Notes under the pieces: model-generated
Told to the model about the DNA's origin: nothing
Database searches by the model: none
Seen by the model: the letters and a program-made list of their open reading frames with translations, nothing else
Program-made: the position numbers and the translations under genes
Part shown: positions 17,129 through 27,444 of the stretch, piece after piece
Position numbering within the stretch: position 1 is the first letter of the stretch
How the letters are laid out: each line of letters begins with the position of its first letter
Assembly (NCBI GenBank): GCA_045596215.1
Contig: JAZOBY010000070.1
Coordinates: forward strand, 636 to 64,635
Source: Faecousia sp.
GTDB lineage: Bacteria > Bacillota > Clostridia > Oscillospirales > Oscillospiraceae
Direction of reading: 5' to 3'
Length of the DNA: 64,000 nucleotides

Positions 17129-17166
17129 AAAAATGCCAACTGTGTATTCAAACGCAGTTGGCATTT
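17129..17166. terminator. Bidirectional terminator
   Basis: AAATGCCAACTG...CAGTTGGCATTT. Confidence 0.7.
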
Positions 17167-18049
17167 ATGCTTTTGGATGGCACTTTTCGTACACAGATTT
17201 CAGTTTCTTATTGATCATCTGGGTATAAAGCTGGGTGGAAGAAATGTCGCTGTGGCCCATCAGCTCCTGCAAAGAGCCCAAATCCGCACCGTTTTCCAGC
17301 AGATGCACGGCGAAACTGTGACGCAGCGTATGGGGTGTCAGTTCTTTTTCAATATGTGCGGTCTCCTGATAGTGTTTCAGGATCTTCCAGAAGCCCTGCC
17401 GGCTCATACGCATGCCGTTAACATTGACAAACAACGCCTTTTCTTCCGGATTGGCCAGCATCGAGGCACGAATATCGTTAATATAGACCGTCAAGGCTCG
17501 CAAGGCGGCAGGATAAAGCGGAATGGAACGGGTCTTCTTTGCACCATTGCACTTAATGATACCCAAATCCAGATTGACCGCATCAATATCCAGGCTGATC
17601 AATTCCGTTACCCGCATACCGGTTGCATACATGACTTCCAGCATTGCTTTGTCACGGAAACCCTTGGCATCTACGCAAGCGGGCTGTGCCAGCAGAAGCT
17701 CGATCTCACGACCGGAAAGGATCTGGGGCAGTTTTTTCTCTCCCCTGTCTACCCGGATATCCGTAACCGGAGTAGATTCAAGGAATCCAGACGATACCAC
17801 ATAGCCATAGAAGTTCTTTAAGCTTGCCAGCGAACGGGAAACCGTAGCAGCGGAACGGCCGTCATCTTCCAAATGGGCAAGATAGTGGCTGATATTCACT
17901 TGTGTTGCATCCACAACATCCAGATCCTCATAGTGATGCAGCCATTCCGCAAATTGCCGAATGTCACGCATATAGGAGGCGATGGTATTGGCGGATGCCT
18001 GTCTTACCTTTGTCAGGTAATTTTCATAAGCACCGATCAAGTCCAACAT
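17165..18049 (-). CDS. xerD: Tyrosine recombinase XerD
   Basis: YATGMRVTEL, SRQGFWK, TPHTLRHSFA, MGHSDISSTQLY. Confidence 0.88.
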   Translation of the reverse strand: MLDLIGAYENYLTKVRQASANTIASYMRDIRQFAEWLHHYEDLDVVDATQVNISHYLAHLEDDGRSAATVSRSLASLKNFYGYVVSSGFLESTPVTDIRVDRGEKKLPQILSGREIELLLAQPACVDAKGFRDKAMLEVMYATGMRVTELISLDIDAVNLDLGIIKCNGAKKTRSIPLYPAALRALTVYINDIRASMLANPEEKALFVNVNGMRMSRQGFWKILKHYQETAHIEKELTPHTLRHSFAVHLLENGADLGSLQELMGHSDISSTQLYTQMINKKLKSVYEKCHPKA

Positions 18050-18581
18050 GAATTGCGTACCTTCCCATTGTTTCGTATGTATCCATCAGATTCGCCAGAA
18101 ACGGCGAGATCAAACAATAATAAATCATTCCGACAGCCACTATAAAAGTGCATGTCAAAGCCAGGTAACGTTTCCTAACGCTAACTGTAAGCAACCGGAC
18201 GCAGAGCCAGATCACCATTGGTATCAGACAGAGATCGGGAAAGCACATCAGCAGGCTGATCAGCCAGCCGGCGCTTCCGAAAGATCTGTAAACTGCGAAT
18301 ATTGCGGCAGAAAACAAAAATATACGCAAACCGCAAAGTAAACATACAAGCCAAGGCTTGGAATGAAGGAATACAACAACAAGATAAGGTGCTATGCACA
18401 CTACCACCCCAACGATCGACACACAGCGGCTCGCCGCCATGTGCATCAAAAGCCAATAAGGATCTCCTGCTAATTTACCGAGGCACGCACCGCATCCGGT
18501 ACTAAGGAGAACATATAACGCAAGAATGCACCATTTTTGCTTGCATTCCTGCAAAAAACGGGGTGTTGGGATCGCCGACAT
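18024..18581 (-). CDS. Membrane protein, possibly SpoIIM-like
   Basis: Multiple TM helices; lies immediately upstream of xerD as spoIIM often does. Confidence 0.55.
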   Translation of the reverse strand: MSAIPTPRFLQECKQKWCILALYVLLSTGCGACLGKLAGDPYWLLMHMAASRCVSIVGVVVCIAPYLVVVFLHSKPWLVCLLCGLRIFLFSAAIFAVYRSFGSAGWLISLLMCFPDLCLIPMVIWLCVRLLTVSVRKRYLALTCTFIVAVGMIYYCLISPFLANLMDTYETMGRYAIHVGLDRCL

Positions 18582-18945
18582 GACAGTAAACGCTCCTCTC
18601 AAAAACCAGCAACCACAGCAATGAATTTCGGAGAAGGAGATTTTATGAAATGACGACCAAGGTCACAAGATCACAAATACATGGATACTATACTCCAAAA
18701 ACGAATAAAATGCAAGGGTTTTCGGTTATTTTTACGTTTTTTGTAGATTATGCCCATTTTTATGTTAACATGATTATGTCAACTAAAACAACTTCCAAAA
18801 GGTTAAAATATTCAAATATTATTCATATTCAAAGATGTTGGGTGTGGGGCGTGTGGGCAACCACTAAATATTGTTTTTGCAAGTTAACTTGCAAAAACAT
18901 GCAGGCAGGTAAATCACACTTACCCACTTGTGAAATTTGTACAAA

Positions 18946-19362
18946 TTACCGATATGCCTTTTTCCGTTTTACTTTAAATTGGCCATTCTTTGCGGGCAGA
19001 AACGCAACAATTGCAGATCCCACCAGGATTACGACTGCACTTACGCCCATCTCCTGATACTGGCCGCCGAAAAACAGTGCTGTTGTGCCTATCAGAGCAA
19101 GATAATATATAACGCCGCTTAGCATACAAACTTGCAGCCGGAGACGTTTGGTCAGCATTGCACTGATGGTCGCACCGGCAACAGCCGCAATAGTAAGTAT
19201 AATGAGTGCGGCGTAGCTGATACTCCCCTGCCCTATCTTCTCGGAGGATATCAACCATGCACAGACTGCTGCACCAAGAACCGAAACAATCAGACTCACA
19301 CTGACCCCTATGGCCAATCCAAGTGGAATGCCCATCGTTTTGCCGGAGGTTTTCATTTTCAA
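18946..19362 (-). CDS. Four-helix membrane protein (TIGR04086-like)
   Basis: Four hydrophobic segments, basic C-terminus; TTG start after AAAGGAG. Confidence 0.65.
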   Translation of the reverse strand: MKMKTSGKTMGIPLGLAIGVSVSLIVSVLGAAVCAWLISSEKIGQGSISYAALIILTIAAVAGATISAMLTKRLRLQVCMLSGVIYYLALIGTTALFFGGQYQEMGVSAVVILVGSAIVAFLPAKNGQFKVKRKKAYR

Positions 19363-19409
19363 ATTCGCCAACTCCTTTCTTTTGTACAAGGTATTCCGTC
19401 CGTGACACA

Positions 19410-19448
19410 AAAAGAACCGGTGCACCCCAAAAGGTGTACCGGTTCTTA
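19410..19448 (-). terminator. Terminator after pgm
   Basis: AAGAACCGGTGCACC...GGTGTACCGGTTCTT. Confidence 0.7.
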
Positions 19449-19456
19449 ATAAAGCC

Positions 19457-21157
19457 TTATTGTGACATCTGCTCAATCATGCGATCCAGCAACGCTTTGC
19501 TGTCTGCTTTTGTTTTTCCGACTGCGGTGTAATAGAATTTCACCTTCGGCTCTGTGCCGGAGGGGCGGGCGATTACGCTGCCCTGCTGGCCAAGGATCAG
19601 TTCCAGCATATTGGATTTCGGCAAGTGAATCTCCGCCTGCTTGCCTGTCTCCAAATCACGGGAGATTCCAGATTGATAGTCATTCACCATGGTGACGGCC
19701 GCACCGCCGATGGCTTGTGGCACATCATTTCTCAGACCCGCCATCATCGCGGCAGCCTTTTCCATGGCATCCGCACCGGTCAGTTCGATGCTTTGCACAT
19801 GTGCCAGATAGTAACCATGGGTGGCATAAAGATCGTCCAAGGCGTCCAGGATGGTCTTTCCGTCCCGCTTCAGTGCAGCGGCCATTTCGCAAACCAACAT
19901 GGATGCAACAACGGCATCCTTGTCCCGGGCATAAGTGCCTTTCAGATAACCGCAGCTTTCTTCAAAGCCAAAGACGAATTTATTCTCCTCGCCCAATTCT
20001 TCAAGACGAAGGATTTCGCCACCGATATACTTGAAACCGGTAAGCACGGTCTTCATCTGAACACCGTAGCTTGCTGCGATCCGATCCGCCAATGGAGAAG
20101 AAACAAGGGAACGAATCACTTCTGCACCCACAGGAAGATCCTTTCTTGCAGTACGGGCTTTCAAAATATAATCCATCAGCAGGCAGCCCAATTCATTGCC
20201 GGACAGCTTCACAAATCCGTTACCGCTGGGCACAGCAATGGCCACGCGGTCTGCATCCGGATCCGTACCAAGAATCAGATCGCAGGGCACGCTCTGAGCA
20301 ACCTTGTAGCTCTCGTTCAGAGCCGCATCCGTTTCCGGGTTGGGATACTCGCAGGTCTTGAAATCCCCGTCAGGATACTCCTGACAGGCCACAACCGCAA
20401 CATTGGCACCCAGCCGTCCCAGAATCTCCCGGACCGGAATATTTCCGGTGCCGCACAAGGGTGTATAAACCACGTTTAGATTCCCTTGCCGAATCATTTC
20501 CGGCTCGATGGATTCGGCCAGAACGGTTTGGTAATACTTCTCCCACAAATCCTGACCAATATAGCTGATCAGACCATCCTTCATAAATTCCTCAAAGGAT
20601 TTACTTTCCGAAATGAAATAATCGATGGCAGAAATCTTCTGCGTAACGATCTTAGCGGGTTCGTCGGTCATTTGACAACCGTCCGGGCCGTAACACTTAA
20701 TGCCGTTGTAGGCACCGGCGTTATGGCTGGCAGAGATCACAATGCCGCAACCGCAGCCCAACTGCCGTACTGCAAAAGAAAGCATGGGCGTGGGTGCCAG
20801 CTTGTCGTAAAGCCATGTCTTGATCCCGGCCTCTGCCAAAGCGACTGCACAAATCTCAGCAAAAAGCTGGGAGTTGTGACGGGAATCGTAACCGATGGCA
20901 GCAATCTTCGGCAGATCTGTACCGGAGAGCCAGGCTGCCATACCCTGTGCCGCTCTGCGAACGGTGTAGCGGTTTAAACGGTTACTTCCCATTCCCATAA
21001 TGCCACGCATACCGGCTGTGCCGAATTGCAGATCGCTGCCGAAACGGCTCTTCAATTCTTCTGTATCATTTGAAATGGCCAGCAGTTCCCCCTTGGCATC
21101 TTCGGGCAAATCCGCATTGCACCAGAACTGATAACGATCCATAAATGTCATGTTCAT
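19457..21157 (-). CDS. pgm: Phosphoglucomutase/phosphomannomutase
   Basis: FGTAGMRG, SASHN, DPDADR, FEESCG, RPSGTEPK. Confidence 0.93.
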   Translation of the reverse strand: MNMTFMDRYQFWCNADLPEDAKGELLAISNDTEELKSRFGSDLQFGTAGMRGIMGMGSNRLNRYTVRRAAQGMAAWLSGTDLPKIAAIGYDSRHNSQLFAEICAVALAEAGIKTWLYDKLAPTPMLSFAVRQLGCGCGIVISASHNAGAYNGIKCYGPDGCQMTDEPAKIVTQKISAIDYFISESKSFEEFMKDGLISYIGQDLWEKYYQTVLAESIEPEMIRQGNLNVVYTPLCGTGNIPVREILGRLGANVAVVACQEYPDGDFKTCEYPNPETDAALNESYKVAQSVPCDLILGTDPDADRVAIAVPSGNGFVKLSGNELGCLLMDYILKARTARKDLPVGAEVIRSLVSSPLADRIAASYGVQMKTVLTGFKYIGGEILRLEELGEENKFVFGFEESCGYLKGTYARDKDAVVASMLVCEMAAALKRDGKTILDALDDLYATHGYYLAHVQSIELTGADAMEKAAAMMAGLRNDVPQAIGGAAVTMVNDYQSGISRDLETGKQAEIHLPKSNMLELILGQQGSVIARPSGTEPKVKFYYTAVGKTKADSKALLDRMIEQMSQ

Positions 21158-21208
21158 ACCTCCATTTTATAAAAAAACAGCTCAAATTCAATTGAGCTGT
21201 TTCTTTGA

Positions 21209-21712
21209 TTAAACCTCTTCTTCCACGGCCTCAGCGGCACGGTTTTCCTGAGATTCAGCCAATGCACGGAACTTTGCACGTGTATCCTGAACCTGGCCCA
21301 AAGACAGGCTGATAGCCTCCTCAGTACGACGCAGAGCATCGTCCATGTAATCGTTGCTGGCCTTACGCAGCTCGGCAATACGGGACTGAGTCTTGGCAAA
21401 CATTTCCTGGCATTGACGGCGGGCTTCCTGATAGATAGCTTCCTCAGCAACCAGTTCCTTTGCCTTCTGCTGAGCCTGACGGACAATGCCCTCAGCCTCA
21501 CGGCGGGCCTGGCCAATCAGTTCGTTACGGGATTCCACAATGGTGCGGGACTGCTTCAGCTCAGCAGGCAGTTGCGCAATGATCTCGTCCAGCATATCCA
21601 GAACCTTATCACGCTCCAAAATGCACTTGTCTGCACCCAAAGGCAGAGCCCGTGCGTCCTGGATCATGTCATACAAGGCACTGATGATATCTTCAATATG
21701 TTTCTCATTCAT
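21209..21712 (-). CDS. Conserved coiled-coil protein downstream of coaD
   Basis: ARALPL...LPAELKQS pattern and long coiled coil. Confidence 0.8.
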   Translation of the reverse strand: MNEKHIEDIISALYDMIQDARALPLGADKCILERDKVLDMLDEIIAQLPAELKQSRTIVESRNELIGQARREAEGIVRQAQQKAKELVAEEAIYQEARRQCQEMFAKTQSRIAELRKASNDYMDDALRRTEEAISLSLGQVQDTRAKFRALAESQENRAAEAVEEEV

Positions 21713-21714
21713 TT

Positions 21715-22212
21715 CTATTTTCCTCCTTGATCGGTTGTGGATATACGTTTTTTAAATTCTGGGATGATCTCCTCCGGCAAAAATGCGGAAAGATCAACAT
21801 TATATGCACCCAGTTCCTTTACGGTACTGGAACTCATATACATAAATTCATGCTCCGCAGTCAGGAACATGGTGTCAAGATCCGGGTTAATCTTGTGGTT
21901 GATCATGGCCATGGTAAACTCGTTTTCAAAGTCAGAGCCGGCCCGCAGACCTTTGACGATCACACAACTGCCTTTACGCTTGGCATATTCAGCCAGCAGT
22001 TCGTTGGAGCCGTCCACTTCCACGTTAGGCAGATCCTTTGTAACTTTACGGATCAGTTCCACCCGTTCATCTAATGTGAACATAGGGTTCTTGCCTGCAT
22101 TGACCATAACGCAGACGATCAGACGGTCAAAAATATGACTGGCACGGCGAATGATATTCAGGTGGCCGCTGGTCACCGGGTCAAAGCTGCCGGGATAAAT
22201 TGCGATTTTCAC
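21715..22212 (-). CDS. coaD: Pantetheine-phosphate adenylyltransferase
   Basis: YPGSFDPVTSGH, KGLR, SSSTVKE. Confidence 0.96.
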   Translation of the reverse strand: MKIAIYPGSFDPVTSGHLNIIRRASHIFDRLIVCVMVNAGKNPMFTLDERVELIRKVTKDLPNVEVDGSNELLAEYAKRKGSCVIVKGLRAGSDFENEFTMAMINHKINPDLDTMFLTAEHEFMYMSSSTVKELGAYNVDLSAFLPEEIIPEFKKRISTTDQGGK

Positions 22213-22223
22213 CGCATCACTCC

Positions 22224-22766
22224 CTAATCCTTACGGTATAATGTGAGCAACGTCTTGCCATATTTGTAATCTTTTGACCGGGAAAAGCCCGCAATTTGGA
22301 TATCCAATGGCTTTTCGACAGGACGTTCCGCAACTATTATACCACCAGATTGCAAAATGTCAATTTCTGATATCTTTTTTATTGAATTTTCTAAAAAAAC
22401 TTCTGCATATGGGGGATCCAGGAAGATAATATCGAATTTTTCTCGGCATTGTGACAAAAATTGGAGATAATCGGAGCGAATGACACGCCCTTCCCCTTCC
22501 ATCTTTGCACGGCGAAGGTTCTCTTTGATCAGTTTACAGGGTGCATCTCCGGCATCCACGAACACCGCACTTTTTGCACCACGGCTGATAGCTTCGATTC
22601 CCAACTGCCCTGTACCGCCAAAAAGGTCCAGTATCTTTGTTCCCGGAAGGTCAAATTGCAGGATGCTGAACAGTGCTTCCTTTACACGGTCAGCCGTGGG
22701 TCTGGTCTGCATCCCTTCCGGCGTTTTCAAAACAACGCCTTTTGCTTTTCCGGCGATGACTCTCAT
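22224..22766 (-). CDS. rsmD: 16S rRNA m2G966 methyltransferase
   Basis: MRVIAG, TRPTADRVKEALF, LDLFGGTG, DPPY. Confidence 0.95.
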   Translation of the reverse strand: MRVIAGKAKGVVLKTPEGMQTRPTADRVKEALFSILQFDLPGTKILDLFGGTGQLGIEAISRGAKSAVFVDAGDAPCKLIKENLRRAKMEGEGRVIRSDYLQFLSQCREKFDIIFLDPPYAEVFLENSIKKISEIDILQSGGIIVAERPVEKPLDIQIAGFSRSKDYKYGKTLLTLYRKD

Positions 22767-24586
22767 TGGTTACCCTCCTCTTCACGGAAATGTCGGTAAA
22801 CCGCATTTGCGGCGTCCCTGGGCAACAGCCTTTCCAGTTCCGGAAGTGTAGCCTGGCGAATTGCCGTGATGGACTTAAATTTCTTTAACAAATCCTGCTT
22901 TCGTTTTGGTCCGATACCGGGGATATTGTCCAAAGCAGAATATTTCAGCCGTTTGCTTCGCAGCTGCCGGTGATAGGTAATTGCAAAACGGTGTGTTTCT
23001 TCCTGAATATTGCCAATAAACGAAAAGACTGTTTGATTCGTATCGATACCAATCTCCTGTCCCTGAGGTGTCACCAGAGCCCGTGTACGGTGGCGGTCGT
23101 CCTTGACCATGCCAAACACCGGGAAGGAGAGTTCCAGCTCTTCAAGGGCCTGTACAGCCACGTTGGCGTGGTTGATGCCGCCGTCAATCAGCAGTAGATC
23201 CGGTGCTTCCTCAAAGCCCTGGTCACCGTTCTTATAATGGGCAAATCTGCGTTTGACGACCTGATGCATGGAAGCGTAATCGTCCTGATTGGCAAGGCCT
23301 TGCAGCTTAAAGCGTTTATAATCATTTTTGTGGGGTTTTCCGTCTTTGAAGACCACCATACTGGCTACGATATCCGTTCCGGAAATGTTGGAAATATCAA
23401 AGGATTCGATCCTTTTCGGCGGCTCCATGGAGAGCATTTTTCCAAGCAGCGATAATGTACCGCTAATGCGTTCTTCCTTATCCGTGACCCGCTGAGCCTC
23501 TTCATAGGCATTCTTGCAGGCCAGCTCCACAAGCTGGGCATTATCCCCCCGTTGCGGAGTATGGAGTTTTACCTTTTTGCCAAACTGCTGCCGGGCAAGC
23601 TGTGCAAACAGTTCCCCGTCCTCGATCTCAAAGGGCAACAGTACCCGATTGGGCACAAGTCCGCGGCTGAGATAAAACTGCTTCATCAAACTGCTGACAG
23701 CCTCAACTTTATCATCCGGCAACGGAAAAACCTCGTATTCTTTTTCCAGCAGATTGCCGCCGGAAAAATGCAGTACAGCAAAACAGGCCTTTGCCCCGGT
23801 TTCTGCATAACCGATCACATCCGTATCCGCAATAGAACCCGCTGTCACCAACTGCTTTTGGCTTAGTGCTTCCACCGCATTCAGCCGGTCACGCAAATTG
23901 GCTGCCAATTCGAAATTTAAAGATTCCGCCGCTTCCAGCATTTGATTACGGATTGCAGATGCCACCGTTTTATAATTCCCTTGCAACAGCTGCTTTGCTT
24001 GTTCCATTCGACTGCGATAGTCATCGGCAGTCATATTGGCCTGACACCAGCCGGCACATTGATTCATGTGATAATTCAGGCAGGGTCTTCCCTTCCCCGT
24101 GTCCCTGGGAAATTCCCGGTTGCAGGTGGGTAATTTCAGCGTGATGCGAATGGCATCCAACACATCCTGCGTCACACCACGGCTGCCGTAAGGACCGTAA
24201 TAACTTGCTCCATCATTGCTTACCCTGCTCACCATGGTGATCTTGGGATAAGCCTCTTTCATATCCAGACGCAGATAGGGGTATCCTTTGTCATCCTTTA
24301 ATAGGATGTTGTATTTGGGCATATGCCGCTTGATCAGGGAGCATTCCAGCACCAGAGCTTCGAACTCCGATGCGGCAACGATCACATCAAAGTGGTGGAT
24401 CTTGCTTACCATCAAGCGGGTTTTGGGAGAATGAGAAGCCGTGTCCTGAAAATACTGGCTGACCCTGTTTTTCAGTTTCTTGGCCTTGCCCACATAGATG
24501 ACCTTATCATCCTTATTGCGCATAATATATACGCCCGGTTCAAGAGGCAGGCTATGGGCCTTTTCCTTTAATTGATCGTAGGTCAT
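22763..24586 (-). CDS. uvrC: Excinuclease ABC subunit C
   Basis: GVY...YVGKAK GIY-YIG, FDISN, LIDGG, HhH GIGPKR. Confidence 0.97.
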   Translation of the reverse strand: MTYDQLKEKAHSLPLEPGVYIMRNKDDKVIYVGKAKKLKNRVSQYFQDTASHSPKTRLMVSKIHHFDVIVAASEFEALVLECSLIKRHMPKYNILLKDDKGYPYLRLDMKEAYPKITMVSRVSNDGASYYGPYGSRGVTQDVLDAIRITLKLPTCNREFPRDTGKGRPCLNYHMNQCAGWCQANMTADDYRSRMEQAKQLLQGNYKTVASAIRNQMLEAAESLNFELAANLRDRLNAVEALSQKQLVTAGSIADTDVIGYAETGAKACFAVLHFSGGNLLEKEYEVFPLPDDKVEAVSSLMKQFYLSRGLVPNRVLLPFEIEDGELFAQLARQQFGKKVKLHTPQRGDNAQLVELACKNAYEEAQRVTDKEERISGTLSLLGKMLSMEPPKRIESFDISNISGTDIVASMVVFKDGKPHKNDYKRFKLQGLANQDDYASMHQVVKRRFAHYKNGDQGFEEAPDLLLIDGGINHANVAVQALEELELSFPVFGMVKDDRHRTRALVTPQGQEIGIDTNQTVFSFIGNIQEETHRFAITYHRQLRSKRLKYSALDNIPGIGPKRKQDLLKKFKSITAIRQATLPELERLLPRDAANAVYRHFREEEGNQ

Positions 24587-24651
24587 ACTACCTCCAAAAA
24601 TTACCGCCTCAATGCATTTTCCTGCATTGAGGCGGATCAGATACTAGCGTA

Positions 24652-24912
24652 TCAATAAACATCCCGGGCAAGCAGGGATTCCAATGCGTTCACCGCGGCC
24701 TCAGCATCCGAACCGACGGCGGACAGAGTCACAGTCGCTCCGGTCACGATACCCAGAGACATGATACCAAGCAAGCTCTTGGCATTCATTTTCCGATTAT
24801 CGGATTCCAGATAAATGCTGGACTCAAATTCGTTCGCCTTCTGAACAAAATATGTAGCCTGCCTGTTATGCAGGCCGGACTCACAGCGAACGACAATTTT
24901 CTTACTATACAT
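24652..24912 (-). CDS. HPr-family phosphocarrier protein
   Basis: GLHNR and NAKSLLGIMSL. Confidence 0.9.
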   Translation of the reverse strand: MYSKKIVVRCESGLHNRQATYFVQKANEFESSIYLESDNRKMNAKSLLGIMSLGIVTGATVTLSAVGSDAEAAVNALESLLARDVY

Positions 24913-25059
24913 AACCAACATCTCCTCATGCATTCATCCGGTTTTGAATATCCAGAATGAACTCTCTGTTAATAATAGCAAAATTCAATAAAATGTCAAC
25001 TAATTTCTTATTTTTTATTGAAAATGGAAATAAATACCTAATATTTGAGGGAAAACAGG

Positions 25060-27435
25060 TTACCGAAATTCGGCAATGGTCACACCGTCTTCACCTTCGC
25101 CATATACGCCCAGGCGATAGCCCTTGATAAACTTGTTCTTTTTCAGTTCCTGGTGCACCGCATTACGCAATACGCCGGTACCCTTGCCGTGGATGATGCG
25201 AACGTTCTTCATTCCGCTACGCATGGCATTGTCCAGATACAAACTCAAAGTGCAGATGGCTTCCACTGCATCCATGCCCCGCAGATCCACCTCCGACGTT
25301 GCAGCATCCAGCTTCATTTCCCGGCCGGAATGCTCCGGGCGACCCTTTGTCTTATACGGATTTTCCTGCTCCAACAAATAGACCTCGTCAGGCTTGGCGC
25401 TCATTTTCAGTATACCCGCCTGTAACTGATACGTGCCGTCCTTGTTGATGGCAATGACGCTGGCCTTTGTGCCCAGTTTCAGCAATTCCACCGTATCGCC
25501 CACCAAAATACTACGGGTAGGTTTGGGACGATGCTGCTGAGGTCGGGCTGCACGGAGTTTATCTTCCACCTCATTCAAATTGCGTCGGATATCCGCTTGG
25601 CGTTGGTTCAGATTTGTGGCATCGGCATGATCCTGCAACTGCTTGCGCATCGCTTTCAATTCTTCGGATGCCAGATTAGCCGCCGCACGTGCTTCTTCAA
25701 TGATATACTGTGCCTCTTTCCGTGCAGCTTCCATGGCTTTATCCTTTTCCTTTTGAAGCTCCGCACGCATCAGCTCAGACTGCTCCTTGATTTTGGCCGT
25801 TTCCTGTTTCAGCCGTTCCGCTTCATGACGGGCAGACTCCATCTGCTGGCGCTGCTGCTCCAGCTGTGACAAGACATCCTCAAAATCCTTATCGCTCTGC
25901 CCTACCAGATCGTCTGCCTCTTTCAAAATCTCCTCAGAAAGACCCAACTTTCGAGAAATGGCAAAAGCGTTGGACTTACCGGGAATACCGATGAGCAGCT
26001 TATAGGTGGGCTGCAATGTCTCCACGTCAAATTCACAGGACGCATTGATGACACCCTCAGTACGCATGGCATAGAGCTTCAGCTCCGCATAGTGGGTAGT
26101 TGCTACCACGCGGCTGCCCATTTTCCGGGCAAATTCGATCAAAGCGATGGCCAAAGCCGCACCCTCAGCCGGGTCCGTACCGGCACCCAATTCGTCAAAC
26201 AGCACCAATGTGCGGTCATCGCATTGGTCCACCACGTCCACGATGGTGCGCATATGGCTGGAAAATGTGGAAAGGCTTTGTGCAATGGACTGCTCGTCGC
26301 CGATATCCGCCAAAACGGCATCAAAGGTGGACAGGACGCTTCCGTCCCCTGCCGGGATATGCAAACCGCACTCTGCCATCAGCGTCAGCAGACCGATAGT
26401 CTTCAAAGTAACCGTTTTGCCGCCGGTATTCGGGCCGGTGATGATCATAGTATCAAAATCAGAACCAAGACGCAGAGAAATCGGCACGACTTTCTTGCTG
26501 TCGATCAGCGGGTGGCGGGCCTTCCGCAGCTCTACCCTGCCCTGGTCATTCATCACCGGTGCCCAGGCCTGCATCCGATAGGCCAGTTTTGCTTTGGCGA
26601 AGATCACATCGAGTTGCACCAGCATGGCGTAGTTTAGGTTAATATCTTCCCTATGTGCGGCGGCTTCTGCGGACAATTCCGCCAAAATCCGCTCAATCTC
26701 CTTCTTTTCTTTCAATTCCAGTTCCCGCAGGGCGTTGTTGGCATTCACCGCACTCATGGGCTCGACGAAATAGGTCGAACCGGTAGCGGAAACGTCATGC
26801 ACCAGGCCGGGAACATCATTCTTATGCTCTGCTTTTACTGGCACAACATACCGTCCTTGACGGATGGTGATGATGGGTTCACGGAGATATTTGCTCATAG
26901 CAGGACTGGAAATGATCTTTTGCAGACCATCTCTGATTTTACCCGCCTGGATGCGCATATGCCGTCGAATATCTGCCAAAGCAGGCGATGCATTGTCTGC
27001 AATTTCATCCTCGGACAAAATTGCACCGAAAATGCGATCTTCCAGATATTTGTTGGGGGTCAACGCACCGAAAAGCACATCTAAAACCGTAGCTTTTTCA
27101 TCCTCTGCAACATAACCCTTGATATTTCGGGCACAGCGAAGCACACCGCCAATGCGCAGTAATTCTATGGGCTGCAAACTGCCACCCCGGTCGGCCCGTT
27201 CCAGGGATGCGGACACATCGGACACATCCCCAAAGACAGGATTACCCTTGCGGGTGCACAGCTCGGATGCTGCGGTTGTCTGCTCCAAACGCAGATTTAC
27301 ACCCTCTAAATCAGAAGTCGGCCGCAAATGCAGGCAAGCCTCCTTGCCACCCTGAGAACCGGCACAGGTTGCCAGCTGCTCCAATACAAGAGGCAATTCC
27401 AGTTTTATCAGGGATTTTTCGTATAATTCGGACAT
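25060..27435 (-). CDS. mutS2: Endonuclease MutS2
   Basis: TGPNTGGKT, DELGAGTDP, C-terminal Smr IIHGKGTG. Confidence 0.96.
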   Translation of the reverse strand: MSELYEKSLIKLELPLVLEQLATCAGSQGGKEACLHLRPTSDLEGVNLRLEQTTAASELCTRKGNPVFGDVSDVSASLERADRGGSLQPIELLRIGGVLRCARNIKGYVAEDEKATVLDVLFGALTPNKYLEDRIFGAILSEDEIADNASPALADIRRHMRIQAGKIRDGLQKIISSPAMSKYLREPIITIRQGRYVVPVKAEHKNDVPGLVHDVSATGSTYFVEPMSAVNANNALRELELKEKKEIERILAELSAEAAAHREDINLNYAMLVQLDVIFAKAKLAYRMQAWAPVMNDQGRVELRKARHPLIDSKKVVPISLRLGSDFDTMIITGPNTGGKTVTLKTIGLLTLMAECGLHIPAGDGSVLSTFDAVLADIGDEQSIAQSLSTFSSHMRTIVDVVDQCDDRTLVLFDELGAGTDPAEGAALAIALIEFARKMGSRVVATTHYAELKLYAMRTEGVINASCEFDVETLQPTYKLLIGIPGKSNAFAISRKLGLSEEILKEADDLVGQSDKDFEDVLSQLEQQRQQMESARHEAERLKQETAKIKEQSELMRAELQKEKDKAMEAARKEAQYIIEEARAAANLASEELKAMRKQLQDHADATNLNQRQADIRRNLNEVEDKLRAARPQQHRPKPTRSILVGDTVELLKLGTKASVIAINKDGTYQLQAGILKMSAKPDEVYLLEQENPYKTKGRPEHSGREMKLDAATSEVDLRGMDAVEAICTLSLYLDNAMRSGMKNVRIIHGKGTGVLRNAVHQELKKNKFIKGYRLGVYGEGEDGVTIAEFR

Positions 27436-27444
27436 TGTATTCTC

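Noticed and set aside
14803-18049. Two tyrosine recombinases flanking pfkA as a mobile or invertible unit
   Set aside because: Both look like housekeeping Xer proteins among core genes; no flanking repeats seen
18757-18784. Possible dif site near xerC/xerD (TTATGTCAACT resembles the XerD arm)
   Set aside because: The other arm does not resemble a XerC site; a half match in AT-rich DNA is weak
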